64,000 bases of DNA, from the NCBI RefSeq assembly GCF_032444005.1, contig NC_091283.1, forward strand, positions 159,030,001 to 159,094,000. The letters run 5' to 3'. The translations under genes and the position numbers were made by a program. Position 1 is the first letter of the stretch, and every line of letters starts with the position of its first letter. The notes beneath the pieces are model-generated. The model ran no database searches, had not been told where the DNA came from, and saw only the letters and a list, made by a program, of their open reading frames with translations. Positions 22,464 to 34,357 of the stretch are shown piece by piece. Source of the stretch: Ranitomeya imitator (Eukaryota).

Positions 22464-25400
22464 ATGTTTCGGTTTCTTTTCTCTTTCACCCCCATACTAC
22501 TTTCCTTCTTACAATCTCCTGCAATCCCTCCTCCTAGTAAGGAACTAGTCATTTCTTCCTCCATACTCCCCAGCCATCTCACCTTCCCCTCAGAACTGTT
22601 CCTCCACATACAATCCTTTTTATCCAGACACACACGGCCACATCATGTCCTATCCTGCTCCCACCTTCTAATGATCTGTCTGTTACTCCTCTTTGCTGGT
22701 GACATATCCCCAAATCCCGGCCCTCCCCAATTCATCCCCACACTCGTTTCTAACCCCCTGCCACGATCCTCCGTACGTTTTCCCAACCACGACAACCTCA
22801 TACCCATTCATCCAGCCCCCACTCCCCAGCTCCCCCTACTTGGAGCACTATGGAACGCACGCTCCATCTGCAACAAACTGACATTTATCCATGACCTCTT
22901 CATCACAAACAAACTCTCCTTCCTCGGCCTCACTGAAACCTGGCTCACCCCCTCTGACTCGGCCTCTCCAGCTGCGCTCTCCTATGGCGGATTCCACCTC
23001 TCTCACACCCCTCGCCCCAGCAACAAACGCGGTGGAGGAGTTGGCTTGCTCCTGTCCGACACCTGCTCCTTTACTCCAATCCCGCTACCACCCTCCGCTA
23101 CTCTTCCCTCGTTTGAGGTGCACTCTGTCCGCATCTATTCCCCCTCCAACCTCCAGCTGGCTGTCATCTACCGCCCCCCAGAACTAGCCATCTCCACCTT
23201 TCTCGACCACTTCACCACCTGGCTACTTCATTTCCTCTCTGTTGACATCCCCACTATCATCATGGGTGATTTCAATGTCCCCATTGACACTTTCACCTCA
23301 GCTGCCTCTAAACTTTTATCACTGACTGCCTCCTTTGGCCTCACTCAATGGTCCTCTGAGGCCACTCACAAAGATGGCCACACGCTGGACCTCATCTTCA
23401 CCCGCCTCTGCTCCCTTACTAACCTCACTAACACACCCCTCCCCCTGTCTGACCACAACCTACTGACATTCTCGTCCCTCTCCTCTCCTAGTGTGCAACC
23501 CCCACTCCACAAACTCACTCACCCTCGCAGAAATCTCAAACATCTCAACTTACAATCACTCTCTGAGTCCCTTCTCCCTCTCACAGACATAGCCTCCCTT
23601 CATGACACAGATGCTGCTGCCACTTTTTATAACACCACAATAACAACAACACTCGATTCGGCCGCCCCACTCATGCATAGTAAAACTCGTACAATTAACA
23701 GGCAGCCCTGGCTGACCAGCCTGACCAAAGAATTGAGACGGGCTTCCAGGATTGCTGAGCGGAGATGGAAGCGATCCCACTCTGCCGACCACTTCACTGC
23801 ATACAAGCAGTCCCTCGCCAGCTTCAAGTCTGCGCTCACTGCCGCAAAACAAACTTACTTCTCATCCCTCATATCCTCCCTGTCCCACAACCCTAAACAG
23901 CTTTTCAACACTTTCAATTCTCTACTCCGTCCCCCCGCACCTCCTCCCTCCCCCCTCATTTCTGCTGATGACTTCGCCTCTTTCTTTAAACAGAAGATCG
24001 ATACGATCAGAGAAAGCTTTGGCCCACAGCGCCCACTGCCCCTCTTAGCTGCTCAACCCTGCTCCTCCAAAACCAGCTTCTCCACCATGACAGAAGATCA
24101 GCTCTCCACCCTCCTGTCAAGATCACACCTCACCACCTGCACGCTTGACCCGCTCCCATCCCACCTCATCCCTAACCTTTCCACGGTCTTCATCCCAACC
24201 CTAACGCACCTCTTCAACCTCTCACTCACAACAGGTGTCTTTCCCTCATCCTTCAAGCATGCCAAGATCACACCCATCCTCAAAAAGCCCTCCCTCGACC
24301 CATCTTCTGTGTCTAGCTATCGCCCAATATCTCTTCTCCCTTATGCCTCCAAATTGCTGGAGCAACACGTCCATCTTGAACTGTCCTCCCACTTCTCCTC
24401 CTGCTCCCTCTTTGATCGGTTACAATCAGGCTTCCGTTCCCATCACTCAACTGAAACTGCCCTAACTAAAGTCACCAATGACCTACTAACTGCCAGGAGC
24501 ATGCGACACTACTCTGTCCTCCTTCTCCTGGACTTGTCTTCTGCCTTTGACACTGTAGACCACTCCCTTTTGCTACAAATCCTCTCATCCCTTGGCATCA
24601 CAGACTTGGCCCTTTCCTGGATCTCGTCATATCTGACAGACCGAACATTCAGTGTCTCCCTCCCCCACACCACCTCCTCACTTCGCCCCTTGTCAGTCGG
24701 TGTTCCTCAAGGCTCTGTTCTAGGACCCCTACTCTTCTCCATCTACACTTTCAGCCTGGGACAGCTCATAGAATCCCACGGTATGCAGTACCATCTCTAC
24801 GCTGACGACACGCAGATCTACCTCTCCGGACCTGACCTCTCCTCCTTGCTTACCAAAATCCCGCACTGTCTGTCTGCCATTTCAGCCTTCTTTTCTGCTC
24901 GCTTTCTACAACTGAACATGGACAAAACAGAATTCATCATCTTTCCCCCATCTCACTCTACCCCTCCACCAGACCTATCCATCAATGTCAATGGCTGCTC
25001 ACTATCCCCAGTCCCACAAGCCCGGTGCCTCGGGGTGATCCTCGACTCTGCCCTCTCTTTCAAGCCACATATCCAAGCCCTTGCCTCCTCCTGTCGTCTC
25101 AAACTCAAAAATATTTCCCGGATCCGTGCTTTCCTTGACCGCAACACTGCAAAAACGCTAGTGCATGCCCTTATCATCTCCCGCCTCGACTACTGCAACC
25201 TCCTACTCTCTGGACTCCCCTCTAGCACTCTGGCACCACTCCAATCCATCCTACACTCTGCTGCCCGACTAATCCACCTGTCCCCCCGCTATTCCCCAGC
25301 CTCTCCCCTGTGTCAAGCCCTTCACTGGCTTCCTATCGCCCAGAGACTCCAGTTCAAAACCCTCACACTGACATACAAAGCCATCCACAACCTGTCTCCT

Positions 25401-25640
25401 CCATACATCTGTGACATGGTCTCCCGGTACCTACCTACACGCGACCTCCGATCCTCCCAAGACCTCCTTCTCTACTCCCCTCTCATCTCTTCTTCCCATA
25501 ACCGCATCCAAGACTTCTCCCGTGCTTCCCCCATACTCTGGAACTCTCTACCCCAACACATCAGACTTGCGCCTACCATAGAAACCTTCAAAAAGAACCT
25601 GAAGACTCATCTCTTCCGACAAGCCTACAGCCTGCAGTGA
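22464..25640 (+). CDS. L2 ORF2: N-terminal 2A-like peptide, APE endonuclease and reverse transcriptase (intact, 1058 aa)
   Basis: Contains [18 protein letters not shown] motifs WNARS, LTETWL, GGGV, IYRPP, GDFN, TLDL and SDH. RT motifs [33 protein letters not shown] and YADDTQ. No stop codons. Confidence 0.95.
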   Translation: MFRFLFSFTPILLSFLQSPAIPPPSKELVISSSILPSHLTFPSELFLHIQSFLSRHTRPHHVLSCSHLLMICLLLLFAGDISPNPGPPQFIPTLVSNPLPRSSVRFPNHDNLIPIHPAPTPQLPLLGALWNARSICNKLTFIHDLFITNKLSFLGLTETWLTPSDSASPAALSYGGFHLSHTPRPSNKRGGGVGLLLSDTCSFTPIPLPPSATLPSFEVHSVRIYSPSNLQLAVIYRPPELAISTFLDHFTTWLLHFLSVDIPTIIMGDFNVPIDTFTSAASKLLSLTASFGLTQWSSEATHKDGHTLDLIFTRLCSLTNLTNTPLPLSDHNLLTFSSLSSPSVQPPLHKLTHPRRNLKHLNLQSLSESLLPLTDIASLHDTDAAATFYNTTITTTLDSAAPLMHSKTRTINRQPWLTSLTKELRRASRIAERRWKRSHSADHFTAYKQSLASFKSALTAAKQTYFSSLISSLSHNPKQLFNTFNSLLRPPAPPPSPLISADDFASFFKQKIDTIRESFGPQRPLPLLAAQPCSSKTSFSTMTEDQLSTLLSRSHLTTCTLDPLPSHLIPNLSTVFIPTLTHLFNLSLTTGVFPSSFKHAKITPILKKPSLDPSSVSSYRPISLLPYASKLLEQHVHLELSSHFSSCSLFDRLQSGFRSHHSTETALTKVTNDLLTARSMRHYSVLLLLDLSSAFDTVDHSLLLQILSSLGITDLALSWISSYLTDRTFSVSLPHTTSSLRPLSVGVPQGSVLGPLLFSIYTFSLGQLIESHGMQYHLYADDTQIYLSGPDLSSLLTKIPHCLSAISAFFSARFLQLNMDKTEFIIFPPSHSTPPPDLSINVNGCSLSPVPQARCLGVILDSALSFKPHIQALASSCRLKLKNISRIRAFLDRNTAKTLVHALIISRLDYCNLLLSGLPSSTLAPLQSILHSAARLIHLSPRYSPASPLCQALHWLPIAQRLQFKTLTLTYKAIHNLSPPYICDMVSRYLPTRDLRSSQDLLLYSPLISSSHNRIQDFSRASPILWNSLPQHIRLAPTIETFKKNLKTHLFRQAYSLQ

Positions 25641-28123
25641 TCCTCAACCTACTGAACAGCCGCACAGCCAGCTCTTCCCTCTCCTAGTGTATCCTCACCC
25701 ACCCCCTGCAGACTGTGAGCCCTCGCGGGCAGGGTCCTCCCTCCTTATGTACTCATGTGCCTTGTTATCTGCTCATGTTTAATGTATTTGTCTATATTTG
25801 CCCCGTATTCACATGTAAAGCGCCATGGAATAAATGGCGCTATAAAAATGTATAATAATAATAAAATAAAATAATAAGGGCACTCACTGGAATCCCACTT
25901 CACTAGACGGGCACCCACATCACTAGACGGGAGCCCAGCGGACACAGGGTGGTGAACACAGGACGCTCATCCACACTGTACACACCAGCAGAACACACTC
26001 CTCATATATTATGCATATGTAATCATTTAATGGGCTGCTGGTGATTGGTGGAAATGGTGAAACTTGGACCCCCCACAATCTAATCAATTGTTTGGCCCAA
26101 GTGCTCGTGTACATACCGTAATCATTTTGTGTTCGAGTGCGATCCAACAAAAGTCAATACATCCATGGAAAAAAAATCAGACTGCACTCGGATGACACCT
26201 TACTGTAGTCCTATTTTTATGGACTGAAAGAATGGAGAAATGTTTTTTTTCTTTCAAACTATGATCAGAGTGTGATTAGCATAATCAGCCCAACGCTTCC
26301 TGAGAAAATACGCTGGTGTGACCCCGGCCGAAGGGAAGGCCGTCCGGGCGAGATCCTGACCCAAACTAATGTTTCCAACTACATCATGTAATGAGGGGAA
26401 AGTGTCATGGCGGCTGGGTGGCCACTAGTGTTGGGCTTTTTTTCTAATTATTAGGAAAGATAAGCATGCATTCACTTTTACAATTGGGGCATTAAGTACT
26501 AATACTTAAGGGTGGGAAGCAAAATGTTTTCAGTACATCCTATCTCAGTCCCACCGAGTCCACTGGCATGTCTTTTTATAGATATCCTGTGTGAGATATT
26601 CAGTAATAAGAAGGTGTGAGGAGTCGGAGCTGTGACATCTGTTTCATTTTAGGACACAATCGCAGGTCTTGTGATTTAGATGCCAGAAATTGTCCTATTG
26701 GAACCGAAAAACTGGCAAATTCAAGAGCCCATCCAGGGACCAAGAAAGGGTTAATCGCCATTGTAAAAAAAAAAAATCCTCATAAAACATGACCGCTTTC
26801 TTCCAGAAATAGCACCAGCCCAATCCATAGGTTGTTTTTTTCCTGCTTTACGGCATGATGCATTGGGCTGTGCTGCAATACCAAGTGCTACCTGAAGACA
26901 GGTGTGGCGCTGTTTTAGAGGACAACTGCCAGATTTTTCTAATCCTGCACAATGCCTCCAATAATTCAAGCTTTTAAGTACTGACAAGATTGATATGGAA
27001 AAAAAAGACCAAACAAATTCCTAATCTTATTAGTGATAAAACTCCACATAACTGTAGGGAGTTGGATCCACGATCTGTGCTTCCTTCGAAGATGTTGCAC
27101 CTACATGAGTCCCTGCCAATAAGTTGATCATTTGTTGCGTTTCCTGTAATCTCTTGGGGAATCAGTCAGAAAGAGTTAATTACCAATTAGGAAAAAAGTA
27201 GCATTACACAGTTCAAAGAGGAAATCATAGGGCTGTGACCGGTCCTGCAGGGCAAGTAACAATGCTAAATAAACTTACCAGTCACATCATATGAATTGTT
27301 CATAGTTACATGCAGAAAATATAAAACATATAGGTGTATAACGTTGTCTCCCGCGATCATTTCGTGCTAGTTTTAAAAACGCTTGATTTTCATTGACGAT
27401 GTTTGAAATCACAGCAGGCTGATCCGCCCAACGGGACAATTAGGTGGCTGGAAAATAGCATTCTGCCTGTGTCCCTCGCCACTGCCCCTTGCCTCTGCCA
27501 GCCCTTATAGCCATTCTGCAGAGAGGAGTCACATGGCTAGCTGCTTCTCATCAGTGAGAAGACTCCCCTGATGGCCTCTGCCTCCTTTGATAAACCATAC
27601 ACATGACATAGGGTATACGTGAGTTCCGTGACCTGGAAAAAATTACCCCAACCCCCTTAAACAGATCTCTTAACAATCTAAAGAATAAACTTCTAACGTA
27701 CTCAAAACAGCAGACGGAGACATATGTTGGATTTAATTGGCCACAGCAGCCATTTTATTAAATAAAAGATAACAGAACTTTTATGACAACCCAGAATAGG
27801 AGGGGCGGTCCTCGAAGCCCCAAAGTTATAAAAAACTCAGTATCCCAAAAACTCCACAATGTTCAGCCCAGGATGAGTCTTACCCCCAGCCGTAAAGCAC
27901 CAGCTCAGGGATAGATAACAACCAATCCTGGTCCACCGAACCCACCCCCATGCCAGGGGTCCATAAATCCACCTCACGCGGAATAACCGTACCGCGCCTT
28001 GTTAAATTCTCTCATGGGGTGTCCAGGACCTCTCAAGATCCCCACCCCATTGAACCACGATTTACCATTTCCACCGACTTCGAGGACCTCCACCCCCGCC
28101 ACGAACACGAATGGCCTGACACC

Positions 28124-28708
28124 TTAGCCATTCATGTCCCTCCACACCTTCAAGCTTAATTCAATGCCACTACGGATAGCCAAACACCACATATCATTAC
28201 CCACCGCGTTCAGGTGCACGCCATCAGCTCTCCAGTAAGCTCCTTGACCCGATTCCAAGTCCACATGTCTCACGGCCAACGCGCCATTCCTCACCATAAA
28301 CCGAGATATGGCCCTGTTTATTTTAATCCGGGCCCTGTTCACCCCCTCGTGTGATCTAGCACCTCTCCATCTTTTACGGGGAATAATGTCGGACCACACC
28401 AACAACACTTTTGGAAACATGACCCAGAACCTCAGGATATCGAATTTGATATCCTTAATCAGCTCCCTACAAGACCGTTTAGCCAAATCATTCCCCCCTA
28501 AATGTATCACCACGATCTCCGGCACTCTATCCAGTCTAACAAAACGATGAAATTCAGGTAACCATTCCTTCCACACCATCCCCCTTTTACCGATCCATCG
28601 TAAAGTCACTGTCTCTCGAGAAAGACCCAACTGACGACCGTCCGGACGAACCGCAGCACGCAACGCAGCCCATACAACATACGAATGCCCCATGATCCAG
28701 ACGAGCAT
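28124..28708 (-). CDS. SGNH/GDSL-like hydrolase (esterase) ORF of the Ngaro element
   Basis: Block motifs VWIMGHS, HLGGNDL and DGVHL. 194 aa, open. Confidence 0.85.
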   Translation of the reverse strand: MLVWIMGHSYVVWAALRAAVRPDGRQLGLSRETVTLRWIGKRGMVWKEWLPEFHRFVRLDRVPEIVVIHLGGNDLAKRSCRELIKDIKFDILRFWVMFPKVLLVWSDIIPRKRWRGARSHEGVNRARIKINRAISRFMVRNGALAVRHVDLESGQGAYWRADGVHLNAVGNDMWCLAIRSGIELSLKVWRDMNG

Positions 28709-28771
28709 CGGATCAGGCCCTGCAACACAGAAAGAAAGGCAACAAACAATTAACTTAACACAGCTTCTAAC

Positions 28772-29734
28772 TCACAATAGGTTTGGGCGAACATACGACT
28801 GGAATCTTGAAGATTCCCACCTCCCAATTCTCCGAACCACATCCTCACCAAGGCCCCACCTAGCGGCCTCAGTCGCTGCCCCGATCCTGAAGGAGTGACC
28901 ACTATATTGTGTTGCAGGTAAGCCCGCTGCCGCCAAACATTTCCTAAAAACAGAAATGAACTGAAAACGGGACAAGAAAGACCCATTTTCGTGCACCAAG
29001 AATGGCTCGTCTAACACCCCGCCTTTTGCCATGTACTTCTTCACGGATGCCACCGGGCACACCGGGGATCCTTCAACATTGAACAACACCACTTTGCACC
29101 CTTTCCCATACACGTCCGTTTTGGAAGCCTTAATAAACACTAGCACCTTATTCCCTTCGACATCCACGTTTTCTCTTAACAAAATACCTTTTTTACTAAC
29201 GGACGGGCTAACCAACTCACCTAACCGAAATGCCCCAAAGAAGGCCAAACAAAAGGCTGCACAGAACAGAACCACTTCCCATTCGGAAAAACACACCTCT
29301 TGCAACTTCCGCTCAATGGCTGAGAGCACCTCATAAGATACGGGTCGGCGACCGTCCGAAGCCTTCCAGCCTTTCTTCCAACCCCGAACAACTTGCCGAA
29401 CCAAGAAGGATTTCGTTATATCCTTACCCCCCCTCCATTTAAGGTTGAAGGCTAGCCCCGCCAGAAACTTATTCAAACGTGTCACAGACCAACCTGCCTC
29501 CCAATGATGACCTAAGAACAACAACAAACCATACTCCTCCTCCATATCCTGGTCCATACTTGACATCCAGGATTCCCACAAGCTCCAAGCCTGATTATAA
29601 TGAGACCAAGATGAATCCGCGAGCGATTTGGTAAATAACTCTGTTACGGCCCTCGCGGCAGGTTCCACAACTCCACTGGACAATCCCGGCCCGCGCTCTC
29701 CGCCTGTGGTGCCAAATCCCGGAAAAGCTGCCAC
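28772..29734 (-). CDS. Tyrosine recombinase of the Ngaro element
   Basis: Motifs FFGAFRLGE, IKASKTD, HSFRIGAAT and IGRWES..FQSYVR. Overlaps pol. The start shown in the ORF track is GTG, so the true start is uncertain. Confidence 0.92.
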   Translation of the reverse strand: MAAFPGFGTTGGERGPGLSSGVVEPAARAVTELFTKSLADSSWSHYNQAWSLWESWMSSMDQDMEEEYGLLLFLGHHWEAGWSVTRLNKFLAGLAFNLKWRGGKDITKSFLVRQVVRGWKKGWKASDGRRPVSYEVLSAIERKLQEVCFSEWEVVLFCAAFCLAFFGAFRLGELVSPSVSKKGILLRENVDVEGNKVLVFIKASKTDVYGKGCKVVLFNVEGSPVCPVASVKKYMAKGGVLDEPFLVHENGSFLSRFQFISVFRKCLAAAGLPATQYSGHSFRIGAATEAARWGLGEDVVRRIGRWESSRFQSYVRPNLL

Positions 29735-31365
29735 TGAAATTGAGAAAGAGCAACAACTATTGGATCAGGCGCTGACAAGCTAACTTCAGATACAATCCAT
29801 AAGTTAAACTTAAGACCCAGGAAAACCAAGTGCTGCAAGACCTTCACTACTGCAGGCGTAGCCGCTGACAACGAGTTTACCGCCGTCACCGTTCCAACAT
29901 GCTCACAATGAAAAGAAATCTTCAAATTCCTCAATTTGTCACCCCACAGGGCCAACGCAACTACCCTGGGGAACAAATGCAACAGTAGCCGGTTGTTTGT
30001 TAACCCCTCCTCCTTCCATTCTTCCGGCCAAGCCGCTGCTGACCAGCTACCATGAAAGAAAAGACCAAAGCCACTCATTTCAACGACATGCACCAAAATG
30101 CCCAAGGAGGTAGCATCTGCCACCGGCTGAATCCACAGAGATCTGCCATTGTACTCGTCCAGAAAATCCGCCCACATCTTCAAATCGTCCCGAAACTCTT
30201 TCTTTATCCTGATGAAATGCAAAGGGGACTTTACCCCTACTGTTGCCAAGGATAGGCGGCGGCAGAACGCTCGACCCATCGGCATGATCCTACATGCAAA
30301 GTTCAGTTTCCCTAACAACGATTTCAAACTGCGCAAATTTATCTTCTTCAAACCAATCGTATTAACCACATCTTGGCGCAACGCGGTAACCTTGTCTGCA
30401 GGTAGCCTACATTCCATTGCTACCGTGTCGATTTCAATGCCTAGGAAGCTCAACACTGTCACCGGACCAACTGTTTTATCCTCCGCCAAAGGCACCCCGA
30501 AGTTTTTTGTCACACTCTCCATTGTATGCAACAAAATCGAACAATCTGCTGATTCCGCTGGCCCTATAAACAGAAAGTCATCCAGATAGTGCGAACATGA
30601 GCGTATCCCAGACACATCTTTCACCACCCATTCTAGGAACGTGCTGAAGGCCTCAAAGTAAGCACATGAAATCGAGCAACCCATGGGAAGACAACGATCA
30701 ACAAAGAAGCCGCCATCCCAAAAACAACCCAATAAATGCAAACTGTCAGGATGAACTGGCAACAAACGAAAGGCCGCTTCGATGTCGGTCTTAGCCAGCT
30801 TAGCCCCCTTTCCACATGCTCTAACCCACTCCATCGCTGAATCGAATGATAAGTACGACACCGAACTCAACTCGGGATCAATACCATCATTAACCGAAGA
30901 TCCCTTCGGAAATGACAGGTGATGGATTAACCTAAATTTATTAGGTTCTTTCTTAGGGACCACGCCAAGAGGTGACACCCTCAGATTTGCAATCGGAGGG
31001 GCGACAAACGGGCCTGCCATTCTTCCCAGAGCAACTTCCTTATTCAACTTCTCCGACACGACCTCCGGGAATTGTAACGCCGATTTCAAATTTTTTCTTT
31101 TTAAACTAACATCCTGCTCAACATAAGGGATTTTGAAACCCTCCTTAAAACCGTCGCGCAATAAAACTGCAGCTGACCTATCAGGGTATCTACTTAGAAA
31201 GGCCTCCATCACGACCCACTGCACCGGAGTCACCCCTTTTGTCAGCTGAATCTCCAACTTTTTGCCTGTTACCCCTGAAACATTTTGAAGCGCTATGCAC
31301 CCCCCCGCAGGTTGAACACTCGTGCCTATATTTACACTTGCTTCCGAATCTGCATATGCCATCAT
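29644..31365 (-). CDS. Reverse transcriptase/RNase H-like ORF of the Ngaro element
   Basis: Motifs SPLGVVPKK, FRLIHHLS, KTDIEAAFR, LPMGCSIS, HYLDDF and FLGIEIDT. 573 aa, open. Confidence 0.92.
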   Translation of the reverse strand: MMAYADSEASVNIGTSVQPAGGCIALQNVSGVTGKKLEIQLTKGVTPVQWVVMEAFLSRYPDRSAAVLLRDGFKEGFKIPYVEQDVSLKRKNLKSALQFPEVVSEKLNKEVALGRMAGPFVAPPIANLRVSPLGVVPKKEPNKFRLIHHLSFPKGSSVNDGIDPELSSVSYLSFDSAMEWVRACGKGAKLAKTDIEAAFRLLPVHPDSLHLLGCFWDGGFFVDRCLPMGCSISCAYFEAFSTFLEWVVKDVSGIRSCSHYLDDFLFIGPAESADCSILLHTMESVTKNFGVPLAEDKTVGPVTVLSFLGIEIDTVAMECRLPADKVTALRQDVVNTIGLKKINLRSLKSLLGKLNFACRIMPMGRAFCRRLSLATVGVKSPLHFIRIKKEFRDDLKMWADFLDEYNGRSLWIQPVADATSLGILVHVVEMSGFGLFFHGSWSAAAWPEEWKEEGLTNNRLLLHLFPRVVALALWGDKLRNLKISFHCEHVGTVTAVNSLSAATPAVVKVLQHLVFLGLKFNLWIVSEVSLSAPDPIVVALSQFQWQLFRDLAPQAESAGRDCPVELWNLPRGP

Positions 31366-33314
31366 TGAAGGCGAAACACAGTCCCTTCTGCAAAGCCGCC
31401 GAGTGTCCTGACTGCCCTGAACTCCCGGCGCCCCCGTGAAAAGGCTGGCTAGTCTGACCTAAACGGGACGGGACCATAACTCTCATCCACAACGCTATGT
31501 CCTTGTGATCCCACCTGATACTTGGCCTAAAAGCCTTACGCTGACGAAACTGTTCGTCATAGCGTAACCAACCCTGTCCCCCATAGGTCCTGTAAGCCTC
31601 CCCTATGGCATCTAAGTAACAAAATAATGCCGAGCAATGTTCCGGGGCCTTCTCCCCGATTACGCTAGCCATAATAGCGAAAGCTTGCAGCCAATTTGAA
31701 AATGATCTGGGAATCAGCCTATATCTCCGTTTCTCCTCATCTTCTTTTTTAGAGTCCTCCCTTCTAGGTCTATCCAAATTAAATCTCTCTAGGGGTAAAA
31801 GAGAAAATATTTCTATGTACTCCCCTTTCCAGATTTTTTCCCTAACCTCTTGTTTTAAATGTGCCCCTAACGGGCCCTCGAAGCAGACATAGACCTCCCC
31901 CCTAGCCGCATCGTCTAGTTGCGGTACATCCTCCTTTTCCTTATCCTGCAAAGCTCCCTCACCTGGTGCATCAATTCCTGACCCAGGCCCTGGTGCTGTT
32001 CCGTCCTTCTCCCTTGATGAGCTCCCCGTGTCTGCCGCAGGACCCGCACTGCTGGATGTACCCGTAACTTCAGACAACTGTCTAGACCCCTCAAACGACC
32101 CCGTATTTCCCAACCAAGCAGCTGACGGCAAAGACCCCCTGCTAAGACCGGACCCCCACAAGCCCGCTAGCTCCCCTAAACCTCTAAGGATTAAACCCAT
32201 ACCCCCGCTAGCAACTCCCGAAGTAATGTCACTATTCCTAGCTTCAGGGGAAACTATGCCTGGCAAATTAAAGATAGGGAAAATGTTCTCACCTAGCTGC
32301 CTGGGTGCTGTGAGCCCAGCAGCCGAAGATCCAGCTCCCAGCCGAAGGTGTCCTGCATCCCGACCGGCTTGATCCGCGATGTTGCCCGCCGAACTCCTGG
32401 CGGCCGTATCCGTGTCCTGGCGACTCGGTGATGCCGTCGACTGCCCTGGTGCTGCGGAAAGGGAAAAGGCCGAGCCAGCATCCTGCCGCCCGATGGAAGA
32501 TGTGTGGCTCCCTGCCACGGATACGTCCCCGGCACTGCGTACCGAAGCGACGGAATGTCGCCTGCCGGAATCCGGAAAATTTCCGCCACCACCAGCAGAG
32601 GACGCAGATCCAGGAAAGTTCCGGCCATCACCAGCAGAGGGCGCAGATCCAGGAAAATCCCGGCCATCACCAGCAGAGGGCGCAGCTGCAGGAAAATCCC
32701 GGCCAACACCAGCAGAGGGCGCAGAACTTGCAATATCCAGGCCACCACCAGCAGAGGGCGCTGCTGCGTTGAAGACTCCAGAGCTGTGCACTGCAGAAGG
32801 CCGCACGCTGATGCCAGGGCCAGCCGACTGCCGCCCGCATAATCCTCGGCGCTGAGGGGCCACCGCACCTGACCCCCGTCTCCTCGGCTGTCGCTGCCTC
32901 CCACGCTGAGCGGCGCCAGCGGGCATGCTGGCGGCCGCCGTACCGGCTCCTGCTCCTGCCGCCCCACGTCGCCCGGACACTGAAGGAGGGGAGGAAGGAT
33001 CCACCCCCCGTTGTAGGCCCCGCCGCACTGGAGGATTCCTCCCGGCGCCGCGCTGTGAGGTGGAGGGAACAGCGCTGCTTACCGGAGGGTCCGCAGAGGG
33101 GCCCTGGGGATGCCGGGCGCCGGGCCCTGGGGATGATGTCCGGGCTTAGGCGCGCCGGAGGCCTAGTCCTCCGCGGCCGGCGCCCGTCCTGCGGTGCCTG
33201 CGATGGTGCTCCCGATGTCCCCTGGAGAAGGCTGTTAACGGATGCATTCAGCCAATCTGTCCCCTGGGAGCTGGCTGCCGTCCGGAGACGCTGGAGGATC
33301 GCTTCAACGTCCAT
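31190..33314 (-). CDS. Gag-like ORF of the Ngaro element with a C-terminal Cys/His zinc-finger region; one apparent +1 frameshift near 33115
   Basis: ATG at 33314 (MDVEAILQRLR...RTRPPARLSP) is one frame off the long 33028-31190 frame, which ends CFAFNDGICRFGSKCKYRHECSTCGGVHSASKC. Removing one C from CGCCCGG restores a single frame. Confidence 0.75.
32592..32761 (+). promoter_or_regulatory. Array of five same-orientation CTCF-type motifs at 39-bp spacing
   Basis: CCAGCAGAGGGCGC at 32631, 32670, 32709 and 32748, and a one-mismatch copy at 32592. These match the CTCF core CCASYAGRKGGCRS. Binding is not demonstrated. Confidence 0.7.
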
Positions 33315-34357
33315 TCTGGTAAGTGTGACAGAGATTCCTCACTTGTCACGCAGGCACCTAAAATGGATGCCTGCGTGAGGAGCGTGCCCCTTTTTATGTG
33401 CCCCCTCCCCACAGTCCCCTAGTTCCACCCCTTATTTTCAAAAAATGCCCCTAAAGCCACCCCTCAAGTTCCCAGTTAACCCCTTACCACCGTATCCCTT
33501 CTAACTGCTCCAGCTCCCCAGGTCCCACGTAACCCCGTCATGGCGGCCTCCCTTTACGTGCCGTGGGCCCCCAGTACGGCCTTTCTTGCTTGATGTAGAA
33601 AAACCTATATGGGTGGTCCGTTCTTCTATGAAGTGAACTTTTGAACTTGTTTTTCACGTTTGATCTAAACATAGGACTAATTCCAAAATTGTCAGAATTC
33701 TAAAATTGTAATTTTGGCCAATGTGTGTTCTGCTAGTTTTGTGGTCTCCATTGCTATGAATTGCCAGCAATGATCTATGTCTTTTGTTTTTATCTAGTGG
33801 TTTGTAATACATGTGATTACAACGCATTAAAGGAAAGTCATTGTAACATGGATTACTACAAGAGGTGTCTTGTTCTGTTATACAGAGAGCGGCTTTGTAC
33901 CAGTGACTAGACAGACGTTTTATCTCAAAATCTCTGTGTGATTGTAAATTATGCCAACCTCGCTGCCAGGGGCCTGAGGGCCCATATCCAGAAGTTCCTT
34001 TATAAGGCTAAGGGCAGCACATAGGGGTCATATATAGGTCTGTCTTAGAAGCCAATCACACACCATTCATTTCAATCCAGCATATTCTAGAAGGGTAATC
34101 CTTTAGACTGAAATGCACAGAATGGTTTTCACAAATACAATACACTAAATGCTACCGTCACAAACAATAATTAATCCACTAGAATACTGTCCCATAAATG
34201 CTGTATGTATTATGATTAATATTGTCTGCCAAAGAGAAAAGCAGGGGAGATCACGCAGATTCCACCGCTTTGACTGATAAGGGATGGACGAGGCCACATT
34301 TGCTTCAACTACTAGGCCAGTTATTGGGGAACACACTGAGCATATAGTATATACACC

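Larger units (their letters stand above)
21538..25875 (+). mobile_element. Apparently full-length L2 LINE (4338 bp)
   Basis: TSD AAGGGC at 21532-21537 and 25876-25881. Contains a 5' tandem-repeat region, one long ORF, and a 3' tail ending ggcgctataaaaatgt(ata)n. Confidence 0.9.
27625..33590 (-). mobile_element. Ngaro-type tyrosine-recombinase retrotransposon with gag, RT/RNase H, YR and SGNH hydrolase ORFs
   Basis: ORF order and domain content below match the Ngaro group, which carries an extra hydrolase ORF after YR. The ends are approximate and no TSD is expected. Confidence 0.85.
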
